A stretch of DNA of 63,531 nt, counting the filler, from Reticulomyxa filosa (lineage: Eukaryota; Protista; Foraminifera), in the NCBI GenBank assembly GCA_000512085.1. It is 23 parts of 23 records of this genome, joined end to end, with 100 filler letters (N's around TTAATTAATTAA, not from the genome) between each part and the next. Parts side by side here need not be neighbours in the genome. Positions count along the whole stretch, not along the records: positions 21,609 to 27,048 come from ASPP01008028.1; positions 27,149 to 28,493 come from ASPP01024293.1; positions 28,594 to 32,079 come from ASPP01048328.1; positions 32,180 to 33,856 come from ASPP01002105.1; positions 33,957 to 36,601 come from ASPP01003652.1; positions 36,702 to 44,317 come from ASPP01010135.1; 17 more parts are not named here. One strand, 5' to 3'. Under the pieces are notes generated by a model. It saw only the letters and a list, made by a program, of their open reading frames with translations, did not search any database and had not been told where the DNA came from. This document shows positions 23,915-38,067 of this stretch, one piece after another. The position numbers and the translations under genes were made by a program. Numbering within the stretch: the stretch's first letter is position 1; each line of letters starts with the position of its first letter.

Positions 23915-26900
23915 ATGATGAAGCTTTTACAACAGCAACTCTGTCCAAGTAGTGGTTGTACCACATTTTGTTGTTCTCAACTCCCTGGAGGACCCCATGT
24001 CATTTTGGCATATGTTACGCGTCTTTTTTCTTTTTTCTTTTTTTTTGCAGACCTTAACATGTATGAAGAAACTTGAAAAAAATGTAGCCCAACCATTTGA
24101 GTTTATATTGCATCTCTGATGACGCACAATCGTCAGGTGAACTGATTTGTGCACAAGAATATATTTCATTGGGGCATTCTTCACGTGTGTTATCTTTAAC
24201 GAATATCCCCAAGTATGTTGGTGTGAACAGTGAAAATTGTTAAAAAAAAATAAGAACAAGTTTGTTTGTGCAGAACAGATTGGTTGGACGAATGGATAAG
24301 GACAAGGAAAAGATTGGAAAAAGAAGAGAGCAAAACAGAATGGAATGAATTGGATAATTGGTATGACACACAAGTGGTATGGTTTGAAGATGGTCACTTT
24401 GGATGGTTTTATTTACGATTTGGAACAAGAAAAGAAGATGATGGTGATAATGATGATTCTACAAGTGCTCATAACAATGAGAATAATGACAGTGATGACA
24501 ATGACGATGATGAATTGGGGACAATTGAATTGGTGTGGATACTTGCACCCTCACATATTGATGAGAGCATATCCAAACGGTGTCATGATATGCAAATGAG
24601 TTGGAGTCCACAAGTGCGATACTTTCTGACTGGCAATAATACCAATAACAACAATGATGAAATGTCGAACAAGGAGGGCAATGCAAATACATTCGGATTG
24701 ATCTTTCATTCCATTGAAAATATGTTTATTATTGTGCCAGTAGTTGTGAGCGGTATTGATATCACTGTCCATGGAATGAAATGCTTTTTCATTCGACAAG
24801 TCGAAAAGGCAGCAGTGGTATGGGACATTTGCAGTTGGATTGTCGCCAATGAAGCCAAGGAGGTATCGCATCCCTCCAATCATCATTTTTTATTGCAACT
24901 CCTATTCTTGTATTCGCCACAACAAATAACAACAAATGCAAATGCAAATGCAAATGCAAATGCAAATGCAAATGCAAATGCAAATGCAAATGCAAATGGG
25001 GATGACCATGATCACTCGAATTCCATTGGAAATCGCTTGCTTCATATGCGTATCCGAATGGATGTGGCTGTGCCATCATCATGTCGTACTGACAGTGATG
25101 ATAACAAGAATAATACAAATGCAAATGCAAATAATAATGACAACGGTAATGGTAATGATAATGGAAATGGAAATGGTGGTGATAACGGCAAAATGGATAT
25201 AGAAAAGAATAGGAAAGATGTGAAGAAATGTCAGGTCATCCAATTTACAACGGTTGGAGTCAATGGCTATCGTTTCAATATTCACACTCCATCCACAAGA
25301 CAAAGCAGCAATGAGAACGCAAATGTCTTGGATGAAAATGATGATCTCTCTGTCCAAATGAGCGTTAGCATCTTTCGTGAATTGATATCGCTGTACCCAT
25401 TGATGAAAAGGGATCTGTTGTTGTTAAAGCAACAATCACAAGGGTTCAATGACCACAAGAGTGATGAGAAAGACGAGGACACGAAAAAAGAGGGGGAAGA
25501 GTTGGGTATCGATGAGATCAATCGATATAAAAACATACCCTTGGCAATGAGTGACGAGGAAATACATGAGTTGATACAATGGCTACGCAAACGATCCTTG
25601 GCAATGAACACGGAAATCCATCGAATTAAACACCAACTTATTGCAAAGCACGATCATTTCTCTCGGATCCAGTCTCACATTGACAATAGCGAAACGCAAC
25701 GATTATCCAAATGGGAACAATATCTGCTGCATACTTGCCAACCCGACCAACAGCACGTTTGTGATCTCTTATTTCTCGGAGATGAACAACTCTTGCGCAT
25801 GGCTTATGACCAGCGTCTCGATATTGCCCTTTTGAAACGATGGCTCAAATGTCGACTACGAGGAACAAGTCCCAGCAATTACCAATCGAGTGTTTCGTAA
25901 TATACAAAAATATATACATATATAAATATAAATAAATAAATAATTACATCAATACCCTCTCCCCCCCCCCTCCCCAAAAAAAAAAATGTGTCTGTATATA
26001 TTTGTTCGTTATTGGGTTGGGGGAAAAATAGATCGGTGTGACAATAGTTCCCATTTGGAATAAAATAAACAATGCATTGATTGTAATGGAAAATCGAATG
26101 TATTGGTGGTCTTGTTGTGATGGCAAGGTGGTGTCCTTGCGCAACTATCAGATTGTGCAAGACGATCCTCCTTCTTCTCTTCCATTGGAAGAGAAACAAT
26201 TGGAAACAGACTCGACACGCAGCACAAGTCATTATCCGATGCAGATGGTGCTGCAAGAGGTCCCGTTTTCGACCGACTCGGGAGATAAAGAATTTTTGTG
26301 GACGCATATCCAGACGGCCAAGTATTGCAACCTAATGCCCAAAAAAAGTGGAGAGCGCACCAGGACGTTGGTGGTATGCCTGACGTATGGAGGCATTGTA
26401 TATGCTGGAGTTGTCCAATGCAAGGAAGAGCATGGCTCCAAATCGCAACCCCATTTGAAACTGCGACGAGTAGAGCTGGATTATGACGCATTGGCGATTA
26501 AAGACATTGACGTGGTGACTTGTGGAACTGAAGAAATCGAAGAATGGAATGACGAGTCGGACACTGATTGCCGACAAAAAGTTTATTTGATTACGCAAGG
26601 ACTGTTATCACCTCATCGCTTATTTTTATTAACCATTGATGGTATTTATCACACTTTTTTTTTTTTTTTTGTTTTAAAAAAAAAAAAAAAACAACAACAA
26701 ATGGCAGTGGAAATGGAAATGTATTGAGACTTTGATCGATCTGTCAACATAGATGACACTGATGAAATCACAAATCAAGTTGTTGAAGTAGGTTGGATCG
26801 CACAGCGCAATGGGGTTATGGATGCCACAACTGTGTCGAAAATGCCAGAGACAAGACATCAAGATGAATATGTGTATACGGCCAGTGGATGGAAACAAGG

Positions 26901-26985
26901 AGGACAATTGAATCGCTATTCCTATCATGTGGCCACCGAATCGATTCTAGAGACTCCACAATCCGATTTCAAATATTTTACAAGT
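23915..26985 (+). CDS. Large beta-rich plus helical protein, possibly a divergent APC/C subunit 4; 3'-truncated
   Basis: Spliced ORF from MMKLLQQQLCP through ORFs 24266..25900 and 26038..26727. The segment QRLSKWEQ...LLFLG...QRLDIALLKRW recalls the APC4 helical domain (from memory). Confidence 0.45.
24934..24997 (+). repeat. (GCAAAT)n encoding (Ala-Asn)n
   Basis: About 10 perfect hexamer units in frame. Confidence 0.95.
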
Positions 26986-27148
26986 GCGTCATATTGAATC
27001 TTCCCATTTATTTTTTTTTTTTTTTGTTCACAATAGTTGTTTTTTATTNNNNNNNNNNNNNNNNNNNNNNNNNNNNNNNNNNNNNNNNNNNNTTAATTAA
27101 TTAANNNNNNNNNNNNNNNNNNNNNNNNNNNNNNNNNNNNNNNNNNNN

Positions 27149-28016
27149 CAGTCGAAGAAGAAGAACAAGAAGAACAAGAAGAACAAGAAGAAGAAGAAGA
27201 AGAAGATCACAAAGACCTTCATTTGACGAATCATATACCACACTTTCCGCTATGTTCCGGAACGGTCCAGCACTCGCACGTCAATACATGACATCGGAAG
27301 AGTGCGTGTCCCCGCTCTCCACGGCAACGCCAGCATTGGCGAATATCAAACAAAAGAGCAGCAATAGCAGTAGAAGCAGCTTTGCATATTTGCACACTGC
27401 GCCAAACACGACGAAAACGGTCGTGACAGTCAGTACCGCGACGCCAGCAGTGACAACAGCAACGACGACGACGACGACTTCCAACAAAAGCAATCGCATG
27501 CATCCATCTCCGGACACGGACACAACCAGACATGCCCGAAGTCGCATGCCCTCGCTATCAACCATCGCCGTGGCGTGGAACAACCACGCGGCCATTCGCA
27601 GCGAGAAAACAGTACTGGAAGAGGTGTGGGAATGCATTCGATGTGTCGAACTCATTGATCCCTGCTTCGACAAAGATTCGCAGTTGCTGCGATCTTATCG
27701 CACTCGGCTCTATCCTCATCTCGCCACAAGCAAGCCACCCACGACCACACATGCCAACGACGACAAACGAGACCAATCGAAACAAGAACAAGACCAACAC
27801 CAACAGGAACAACATGGAGATCAAGATGAACAAGACCGAGAAGAAGAAAAAGAAAAAAATATTGATGATGAAGTCGAACAGTTGTGCACTGTCGCCGATT
27901 GGAAATATTATATGCGAATGCAAATTGCATCCGAAACAATTGACCGACTTGGAGGTATTTGCTTGTTTGTTTTGCTATTTCATCGTTAATCATTGAATAT
28001 AAAACAATAATAATCA

Positions 28017-28052
<36 letters not shown>

Positions 28053-28493
28053 TTTATGATAACAATAAAAAAAAAAAGGATTGGTTGGATTAGTACATTT
28101 GGGCGTTGACGATAGCATTGCCCATTGCTCGTTGGACAAATTGCGACAGATCTTTTATTCTTGCATATCGCGTCGACTGCATGCGCAACTTGTGCAAAAC
28201 TTGGAAAAAGAAACGTCTGTGCTGTCGCGCAAAGTGAAGCAAAAAGACCGCACGATTGACAAACTCACCGCCGCTATGGCCAAGTATCAAGCGGCTTTAC
28301 GACAGACCCCTTCTTCCCAACGCTATCTCTCGTCGTCGCAGCTGACGACCCCAGAGTCGCAACAACGGCCAAAAATTGACATTCTGGAAGACCACGGTCA
28401 TGAGCATGTCCATAGCCATCCACACGCACACCAACACAGACATCCAAGGAACGACGACGAAGAAGAAGAAGAAGAAGAAGAAGAAGAAGAAGA
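27149..28493 (+). CDS. Internal fragment of an unknown protein with low-complexity and short coiled-coil regions
   Basis: GC-richer coding exons at about 27149-27954 and 28079-28493, flanking an (ATT)n intron. Confidence 0.7.
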
Positions 28494-28593
28494 NNNNNNN
28501 NNNNNNNNNNNNNNNNNNNNNNNNNNNNNNNNNNNNNTTAATTAATTAANNNNNNNNNNNNNNNNNNNNNNNNNNNNNNNNNNNNNNNNNNNN

Positions 28594-31340
28594 TATCCTC
28601 TTCGCGATTAGAATCGACAAAGTGTAATTTCAGCAATACAATCTAAACACAAGTCGACTTGCTCACATTTTGAGCATTGGAAAAACCAATCTCCTTTGGT
28701 GGATTTGCTCCCATAACAATAGCAGTGGTCACTCACCATGCCGATGCTTTTGTAAGCTCCTAGTAGGGATTCGTAACTTCACATTATGGACATCGTCATT
28801 TCGAATATTGGAGACTCGGGTCATCGTTGCGCGCGACAATTTTACTTCTTTCACAAACAATCCTCGCTTTGATGAACATGTAAAGTAATTTATTCCTTTG
28901 TCTTTGTCTCCGTCTTCGTCTTCATTATCATCGTCATTCACTTCTGCTTTCTCGCTCTTTGTCTTCACTTGCTTTTTTGATATCGTCCAAAATATTTCGT
29001 CATCGCTTCCGTTCACTGGTCGAATGTTTTGCAAAGTTGGAGGAGGGGATGTTTCCAAATGATGCGACTCTTATTTGAATTGGTCTCGATTTGGTCTTTG
29101 TGCAATGATTGTTTGTTGCCAAGAGTTTATCACACTTTACTCTCACTCTTCGATTGTTCCAATGCAGTCATATACAATGGATATTTTCTAAATACTCAAT
29201 TCATTCGCTATCATCACCATTGTAATAAAATACACAATTTGGCCTTGGATAACTGTCATTGTTGAAAATTCTTGCATCCATCAACATAAGTCCATTTAAC
29301 AATTTTTGTGTTGACGATCCGATGAGTAAAGGTATCATTTGTATTTACTTTTTTTTTGACATATTCGTTGTTGTTCTTCTTGCTTGCTTTCTTGAGTCGT
29401 TCAACACGTTGCCCGTAGTCAATAGTCGAACCTGGAGATAGTTCAGCAAAAATTACATGTGCTCTTTTGACAAACGCAAGACACATAACTCTTGCAGTGA
29501 TTGAGCCAGAAAATGCAATAATCTCTCTATATTCACAAATTATCAATGCTCAATGTTGCCTGCGAGCTTGCGATTCCTTCCATCAGCACGAACATGACCC
29601 AAAATCCAAATTTGCGCATATGCGCACGCACACGACTAGTTTTTACACGATTGCCCAATATCTGTGTTTCGATTATTGTGTTTCGTTTATAAAATTAGCT
29701 ATTTCCATACATTTAATTTCCCTTGCATTGGAGCCTGTTAGATTGCAGTTCGACACATATTTGCGGACAATTATTGGCATGGCAAAGCAACAGAAACTTG
29801 TGTCCACATACGTTGATGATAAACAAGTTCTTTGCAATATTTTGGGTTACTGCTTCGAGATATTGACATATTCCGTTCAACATTTTCCATTGGGACGAAC
29901 TATGTGAAGTTAGTATACGTTCGAGAGTGGCGACTTTGCGTATTTTCAAGCGCAAAAAGAGATTCCATAACCAAAGTCAATAAAACCGGCCAACTAGTTG
30001 TTATTTTTTTTTCTTTTTAAACAAATCATCCTCCTCATCCCATCCTCTTTCTGTTCTTGCTTGCCGGTGTCCTGTGAATTTCGAACTAAATTGAACCACT
30101 CTTGCACCATAATGTCCACATCGTTTTTACATTGCACGATATTACATTTTTCTTTTTTTCTTGGCGAGCTTGATTTCATATTTGGAGGTCTAGATATTGT
30201 CTCCAATTGATCGAGAGAATCTTGCCAACTGTTCCAGCTACATATCGCGATGTTTTCCAACTACAAGTTTATCTTCTCTTGTCGCTATTGTGATGGGAAA
30301 CATACTTGGCATAATCGAATGGATTTGAGCATTTGTAATGATAGACTGTACAATTTTCATATTTCATTTTACTATTAGACATATTCGTTTCCTCTTTTTT
30401 CTTGCTTTTGATTGCCGCCCAACACGTCGTCTGTAGTTTCCGGATGCAATTCAGCAAAGAAAATAGGCTCTTGCTCGACAAATGCAAGGCACGAAACTCT
30501 TGGAACGATGGCTCGGAAAATGTAACGATCTATATTTATCTTTTTTCACCTATAAACGTGTTCAAATTTTGCACGTTCAAAATTTCTCCCATCAATATAT
30601 GTACGATTCAAAATTCAAATTTGTGAATTTGGGCACACATACAATTAGTTTCGACGCAGGCTCAGTCTATGCGTTTATAAAATTGCATTTCTATAACGGC
30701 CGAGTTTCTCTTACTTGTTGGCTCCTGTAGATCACACTTGGACACAATATTTGCGGATAATTCTTGGCACGACAAAGCACTAGAGACTTGTATCTGCTTA
30801 TGTTGACGGCAAACAAGTTCTTTCAAATACTTCGGGTAGCACTTGCCATATTCGTTCAACACTTTCACAAATAGCGACTTTGCGCGTTTCCATGCGTAAA
30901 AAGGCAAGTCAATAAAACCAATTTCAATAAAGCTGTCTCCATGTATTTTTTTTTTTTGACGGTGTTCTTGCTTTTTTCACTTGCTTTCCACTTGTTCGTC
31001 GCTCCAGTCGTCACTACACCATAGTATCAACATCGTTTTCACATTGAGTATCACCGTTTTCTTTTTTTCTCTCTGGCGAGCTTTCTTCTATATTTGACGG
31101 TACCAGTACCATCTAACACATCGTCCGTATTCCATAGCCGATCTCAGATGAAGTTTGTTAAAGATCTACGCACTTGCTCGGCAAACACAAGGCAAACAAC
31201 TCTTGTGGCAATGAAGCCGGAAAATGCAACTATATATTTTCTTTTTCACCAATCGACAATGCTCAATATCGCACATGAGCTAACGATTCCAAATTCAAGT
31301 TGCGACTTTGCGCACGCACACGACAAGTTTTGGCACGATA
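28594..31340 (-). pseudogene. Decayed gene with a CAP-Gly remnant and an internally repeated unknown domain
   Basis: KGINYFTCSSKRGLFVK is the CAP-Gly signature; upstream blocks are repeated 2-3 times; many stops and frameshifts. Confidence 0.6.
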
Positions 31341-32259
31341 TATGCCTTTTCTTTCTTTTTTTTTCGCTTTTTTCTTTTTTTATCTTTTTTTCGCTTTTGT
31401 ATTTTTTTTTCTATCTTTTTTTCACTTTTTTTCCTTTTTTCTCATTGTCATCTTTTTTATTTTTCTTTTAAATTTTTCTCAACATTTTTTTCATTTTTTT
31501 ATTTCTTCAATTTTCTTAAATAAAAATTTTTCACAATTAATTTTCCCTCCCCTTCTTTCCCCATTTGCTCTCCCATTTGTTTCCCCATTTGTTCCACCCT
31601 TTTTTTCCAAGTTTTTCTCATTTATCTCCCCTTTTTCCACTTATTTTCTTTCCCAAATGTTCAATACAATCTAATACAAACAGAAATAAAAAATAAAAAC
31701 TAAAACTTTCCAATATAAACAAATTCACAACTTGAAATATTTTTTCATTTTAAAAAAAACAAACAAAAGCATACTTTAACATTGAGCTAAAAGCTCTATA
31801 TTTTTTCTTTTGTAGGGAGGGGACAAATAAAATTTTTGTTGATAAGTGCATGCCTATTGACAACACAAACATTTGATAAAAAAAAATAAAATAAAAAAAT
31901 AAAAGATACAAACTCTTTTGCTTTTTTTGCACTACAGGGTGGCTTCAACCCCAAAATTGTTCTGGGAGTTTGACGTATACAGTTTTTTTTGAACAGACGG
32001 GTCGAGGCTGTTAACGAAAAAAAAACAACGTCAATTATGTCAAAAAAAACAAACGTATAAATATATACCAAACCATTTGNNNNNNNNNNNNNNNNNNNNN
32101 NNNNNNNNNNNNNNNNNNNNNNNTTAATTAATTAANNNNNNNNNNNNNNNNNNNNNNNNNNNNNNNNNNNNNNNNNNNNTTTTTTTTTTTTAAGAAAGAC
32201 ATTAAAAAAAATTAAATAAAAAAAAAATGCGCAATGCCAAAATAATTACATAAATGACA

Positions 32260-33850
32260 GAAACAATATGAAGATGCCTTGTACCTCATGCAGTTGGCAT
32301 TTGAGTCGTTTTCTCAAGCAGATAAAAAATGGCTGGAAATAATCGACAATTATGGATTGGTTTGCTTGGATGTTATGTCTTTATATTTCTTTTCATTTTA
32401 TATTCACAGTTATCATACATGTGTAAAACATACCATAAATTTATATTTCTATATGTACATATATGCATATAAATGATAAATAAGAAAGTCTTGTAAACTT
32501 TTGATAACAACAATGTAATGATTAGATTGTGTGGCTATTTTATTTGAAACAAGACGAAAAGCAAATCATCCAGGCTCATCAGTGACTACAAATAGCAGAG
32601 CATGGATTGAAACAAGCCCACGGGAAGAATATGGAACGACTGAGAGAATTGCGTGGGAATGGATTTATACCTGAGTTGGCGTTGTATGTGCGATTGAACA
32701 TATTGAAGGCCTTGCAGTGCTTTTATCAAAATGACTTGGACGGCGCACGCAACTTTGTCATCAAAGCTGAAACGGATTGGAGACGACTACAAATCTCGGA
32801 CACTAATTTGGCCGAAATGCAAAGTATGGGCTTTACCGAAAAAGAGGCGACCAGAGCCCTACGATTGTGTCAATCCAATATGGAAGAAGCAATTCAACAC
32901 GTCTTTGCCAAACGAAATGAAACAAGACAGCGCGATGAAGTTAATTTTTATACAATATATAAATATACATATATATATATATATATATATGCATATTTAT
33001 ATAAGTAATAAGTATATGTATGTATATACATATATACTATATATATGTATATATATAAAAATAGGAACGCGCCCGAGCTCGTCGCTATGGTAAAACCAAA
33101 GGTGAGGTCCCTTCAACACATGGGCTTCAACGAGGCCAGATGCAGAGCCGCTTTAATTGCAACGAGCAAAAATCTAAGACATGCCATTCAATATTTGCTT
33201 AACCCAACCGCCGAACAAAAAGAACAAGTCGATCGATTGGAGGCTGAAATTGTTACTTACCATGAGTACACTACAATTGCTTCAAACAAAAGAACAGGAA
33301 GAAAAAGAAAAAGAAAAAGAAAAGGAAAAAACAAATACTGATGAAAAAGAACAAGAGAAAGAAAAGCAAACTGAAAACAATGATGCAAACAAAGACGAGG
33401 ACAGTAAAATGAACGATAACAACGCAAAATGAAACAGACACACGCGAGGAAATAACGATTTCTGAACCTGCCATTGTTGAACCAATGAATTTAGATACCA
33501 ATGCTTTTCCTAATCCACATTTAGGAGATGTGACTGATCCCAATGAAGAAAATATCGAATTGGCTGATGACTTTGAGGATGTCACTATGAATAACGCAGC
33601 TAATGATGATAACAGAGAAGAAGAAATTTTGGATGATTTGGATAATATTGATGATCCAGGTGTCCTTTTTTTCCCCCCCTCTCTATCTCTCTCTCGTTCG
33701 TTGTTTCTATCATATCTTCACATTTTTGTATGTGTGTATGAATTGATCAGAAGCATATTTGGACTTGGAACTCACGGACGAAAAACAAGCGTTAGATCAA
33801 CTGAATACATTGCTGGCATCGATGCCAGGGTCCTTTTGAAATGTTTCACA
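32260..33850 (+). pseudogene. NUB1: NUB1 (NEDD8 ultimate buster 1) homologue with two UBA domains, disrupted
   Basis: IDNYGLVCLD-IVW, AHGKNMERL, ELALYVRL and UBA motifs SMGFTEKEATRALR and HMGFNEARCRAAL. In-frame TGA at 32583-32585, frameshifts near 33100, 33260 and 33430; introns are retained. Confidence 0.85.
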
Positions 33851-34754
33851 AAAAAANNNNNNNNNNNNNNNNNNNNNNNNNNNNNNNNNNNNNNNNNNNN
33901 TTAATTAATTAANNNNNNNNNNNNNNNNNNNNNNNNNNNNNNNNNNNNNNNNNNNNGCGCTTTTGGTTCATTTTTTATTTTTTTTTGGATCTGTTTTTTA
34001 AAAATAAATCGATCATTTTTTGTTCGACAATAAGTCAAAAAAAAAGATTAAAACAATTATGTAAAGTGATATAAAATCCAATGCTTAACTTATTTTTAAA
34101 AAGTATTGAAATTTTTTATTTGCGAAAAATCTGACAAACTATAATTAAACAAACAACATTTACCATTGAGGAAACAAAACAAAAAAGTAAATGTTGTGGA
34201 AGTCATAGTGCAAGCAATGAACCGTGCCCAGTACTACGCAACAGAAGTCACTCTTGGCCAAAGCGAAACTACAACAGGACACTGTGTGAAGAACAGATTA
34301 TGAGATATTTGACAAAATTGTTTAGTATTAAAAAGTAATTGAAAAATGCTTTTCCAATTTCTCAATTATTTTCTCATATCATCAACAAAAAAAGTGTTGA
34401 AAGAAAACGACAGTCTTTTTCCAAAGTATGACATAAAGTACAAATGGAAGCTGGTAACTTCAATTAAGATAATTATCAAAGGGTAAGTAAACCAATATTA
34501 GAACTTAATCTCCACCAAAGTATTATAAATGAAATATAAAAATATGTACGTTTTTTTAATACATATAAAAGAAAATTTTCCTGGACATGGAATATTGTAT
34601 AGAGTTTGGCAAAAGTTAGCAGAAAACAACTGTGTATTTGTTTAGATGTTTTTTGAAGTGACCGGCAATCAAACCAATGTTTAAAAATACAACATCTGAT
34701 CAGCTCAAAAAAAAGTATTTCGTACTTCCAACCAATTTGATTTGTACAACATTT

Positions 34755-35568
34755 TCAAACCAAAAAAAAAAAAGAAAGGAGAGAAAAAAAAGATATTATT
34801 GTTTCTTCTTTCTGCCTCTGCTCTCTAATCAGTTTCCTTTCATTCAACTTAATGAACCGCAGCAAGGCATCTCTTCGTTCGAATATCTTGCAAAATCTTT
34901 TTTCGCACTCAAAGCGAAGATAAGTTAAATTTTCGTTGACGATGTTGAACAAGGCGCGTTGAACCACCGTGTCAATGATTTCTTGGACGGTGATATCGTA
35001 TTGGATATCATTGGGAATGATTCCGTGTTTAAGAGATGGGTCTAAAGTCTTTTGATTGGAGCGTTGCATTTTAGTGAGTTTAATTTTGCGATCTTTCAAA
35101 ATGGCTTTGATTCTGGGAAACACATGTGTGCGCAGAATGCCCTTTTCGAGTAAATCCACACAAGTGCTGCACACTAATCCGACAGTGGCTTGGTAGATGA
35201 TCTCAAAGACGGCATCGCTGAGATCAAATATGAACATATCGACCGGTTGTTTCCACGCGCGAACAAAGTGTTTGCGATACTCTTGGATAGTTTTGGGTCG
35301 ACCACTTTCAAATGCAAATGCCGTGATTAACAAAGACAGCGCATTGCAAGACAACTGTCCAATGAGGTTGATACCTTCAATCAATGGTTTGTAGATCCGT
35401 TCGTTGTACTTACCAAAGCGGAGTTTGGTTCTCTGAATCAAATCGTCACAAACCCAAGACATGTTGTACCCACTGTCACGAAGAATGCCTACTAATTTTC
35501 CTCATGATATTCTGGCTCCATTTCCTATCATTTATATATGTAATATATACGTATACATACATATATAC

Positions 35569-35599
<31 letters not shown>

Positions 35600-35997
35600 T
35601 TAGATTAAACAAGTATTTTGAATGACAAAAGTTTGAACACGAAACTATAATGTCTCCATGAACAATAGACTCCTTTTCAAACTTATCTCGATAAATGACG
35701 AGAAGCCCCAAGCACTTTCCAAAGGCGCGCACAAACTCGTAAAAGATTTCGCAAACGAAGCGACGCATCATGGTGTGAACACGCACAATATAGCGCATTC
35801 TTTCGGAAAACTCGTCCGAGCAAACTTTGGACAGGAGGTCAAAGTTGTATTCCAATAAGTGCATGTACTTGTATTTGGCATTAGCAGGGTCGTGATGCAA
35901 ACTGGCACTTGACAAATGTCCGTATATTTCGTCGTACTTGCTTCGTTTCGACGCATGTTTCCAATACTCGGCCTCTTTTTCTTTGTGCTTTTCGTCA

Positions 35998-36044
<47 letters not shown>

Positions 36045-36520
36045 GTCATTATTGGATGGCTCATAAGGAGATGAATTCTTCCATGTCGTGGACTCACTGT
36101 ACGCTCGTTCGCGACTGGCGACTGCGCGATTGGACGGAAGTGACGACGACGCGGCGGCGGTGAGCGAAGAGAGAGAAGCGTCTTCGATGACAGGGGCAAA
36201 TGGCAACTCCAGCGCCAGCCGCTCAAACGCCAAAAAGTATTCGTACAAGTTTTCCTCTGTCAAGCAAAACTGGCACATGGCACTGATCAGCGGGAAGTCT
36301 GATAATGAGATATCTTTGTGCACTTGCGATTCTTCGCTGTCCGTCGAATACTGCGACTCTGTCACACACACACACACACACACATATGTTGCAGTAATCT
36401 TTAACACATCAAATTAGACAAACAAACAAGACTTCCCACCTTGGTCTCTTTCTTCATTGTAATGGGGGTCCGTGGCCCGCATTTTCGCACTCTTGTCAGA
36501 TCGCTTCGATTTTATATCTT
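34755..36520 (-). CDS. Unknown helical protein, 5'-truncated (weak Niban/FAM129-like C-terminus)
   Basis: ORFs 35532..36407 and 34755..35462 join through a TA-repeat intron with one A-run shift. The family guess is by eye only. Confidence 0.6.
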
Positions 36521-36765
36521 TCAAAGAAAAGAATAATTAAAAAAAAAAAAAAATATATATATACATATACATATATATATATATATATGTATATATATAA
36601 TNNNNNNNNNNNNNNNNNNNNNNNNNNNNNNNNNNNNNNNNNNNNTTAATTAATTAANNNNNNNNNNNNNNNNNNNNNNNNNNNNNNNNNNNNNNNNNNN
36701 NTCTTCCCCTCGCCTCCCTTCTTTCTTTTCGTTTTTTTTTTTTTTTTTTTTTTTTAATTCAAAAA

Positions 36766-37506
36766 TACCTCCGCACGAATTTCTGCAAAGTCACATGACA
36801 AATCAAGCTCATCCTTGAACATTTCCGCTTTTAAAATCAACGGGTGATAATACGTATCTGTAACGTAATCCTTGAGTTTCTGCAATTGCTCTGAGATCAA
36901 AGTCCACCGAATATCGACCGTCGATTTCTCAACTTTCTCAAAATCGGGACTTGGGTCTACCCAAATTATTTGACTTTTTTTTTTTGCAATTATCCCCCCC
37001 CTTTTTTTTTTGTTTCTCATCGTCAAACATTTTTTATTGAAAAAATTGAGCAGACAAAAAAAAAAAAAAAAAGGACAAAACAGAGCCGAGAAAAATGCAA
37101 AACTTAAAAAAAAAAAAAAAAAAAAAGTAAACTTTAAGCGTTCTTTGTAGCGCACGACTTCGACAAATTCTGAGTCGAAAGGTACATGCCACATCCAATG
37201 ACCACGTGGCAATTTGCAAGAAGATGAGTGTGAATCATAACTACCGGGTTCATCTTCGCTTAAGAGACCTGATTGTGGGAACACCCATTCCCGTTTACAA
37301 ATGAATATGCATACGCAGTAGTATAGCGTGTCGAATTCCATGCCCCGATAAGCTTGATAAAAATGATACATCGACAGAAATACTGCACGTGGTTTATGAC
37401 GATATGTCGACTGTCTCACGTACAGTTCCAACATTTGCCAGCGCTGCTGCAATTTACTCGGAGATGCTTCCTCTTGCATTTTTTTTGAAGAATGATCCAG
37501 TTCCAT
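36766..37506 (-). CDS. N-terminal part of an unknown protein
   Basis: Coding-like ORF 36754..37518 containing a T-run/A-run intron at about 36975-37135. Confidence 0.6.
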
Positions 37507-38067
37507 CAGTTGGAACAAATTCTTACGTATTGAGAGAAACTTAGTTTTTTAGTTTTTTTGGGTGGGTTGTCAAAACATTTTTTGTAAATTCCAGCAGTTA
37601 AGAAGTTGAATAATGACATTTTTTCGGTCGTTTTGTACTAAAATTTAGTATTTGATTGATTATTAGATAATACAAAAACTTTTATGTGGGCTGTATACGA
37701 AAAATTATGGCGTTTTTAAACCATAATTTTTTCGTGTTACTGTAGTTTTTGTTTTTACTTGATTGTGATATAGTTGTCACTGCAAATAGACGACACAAGT
37801 GCTATTGATTAAATATGTCTGCAGCAATTAATGACGAGACATAGTATTTGTTTAGGAACAGTGGCTGTGTTCCCTCTTGTGAACACAAGCAACACTTGTT
37901 AAGTATCTTTCAGCATAACCAATTTATTGATTATTTAGTGCTTTTGCAAGTAATAAAGCAATATACTCTTATTGAGTTGTTTTTTGCACTATTTTTAAAA
38001 AAAGAAGTGGCCCTTTTTAATTTTTTCCTCAATAAAATTATATTTGTGACAAAAATCGACCTTTCAG

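Noticed and set aside
31933-31960. TA-CAGGGTG resembling a Tc1/mariner terminal repeat
   Set aside because: No partner inverted repeat or transposase in the contig.
32583-32585. In-frame TGA in NUB1 as selenocysteine or stop-codon reassignment
   Set aside because: The position is normally basic (CGA to TGA is plausible), the gene has other lesions, and TGA ends another ORF here (3765-3767).
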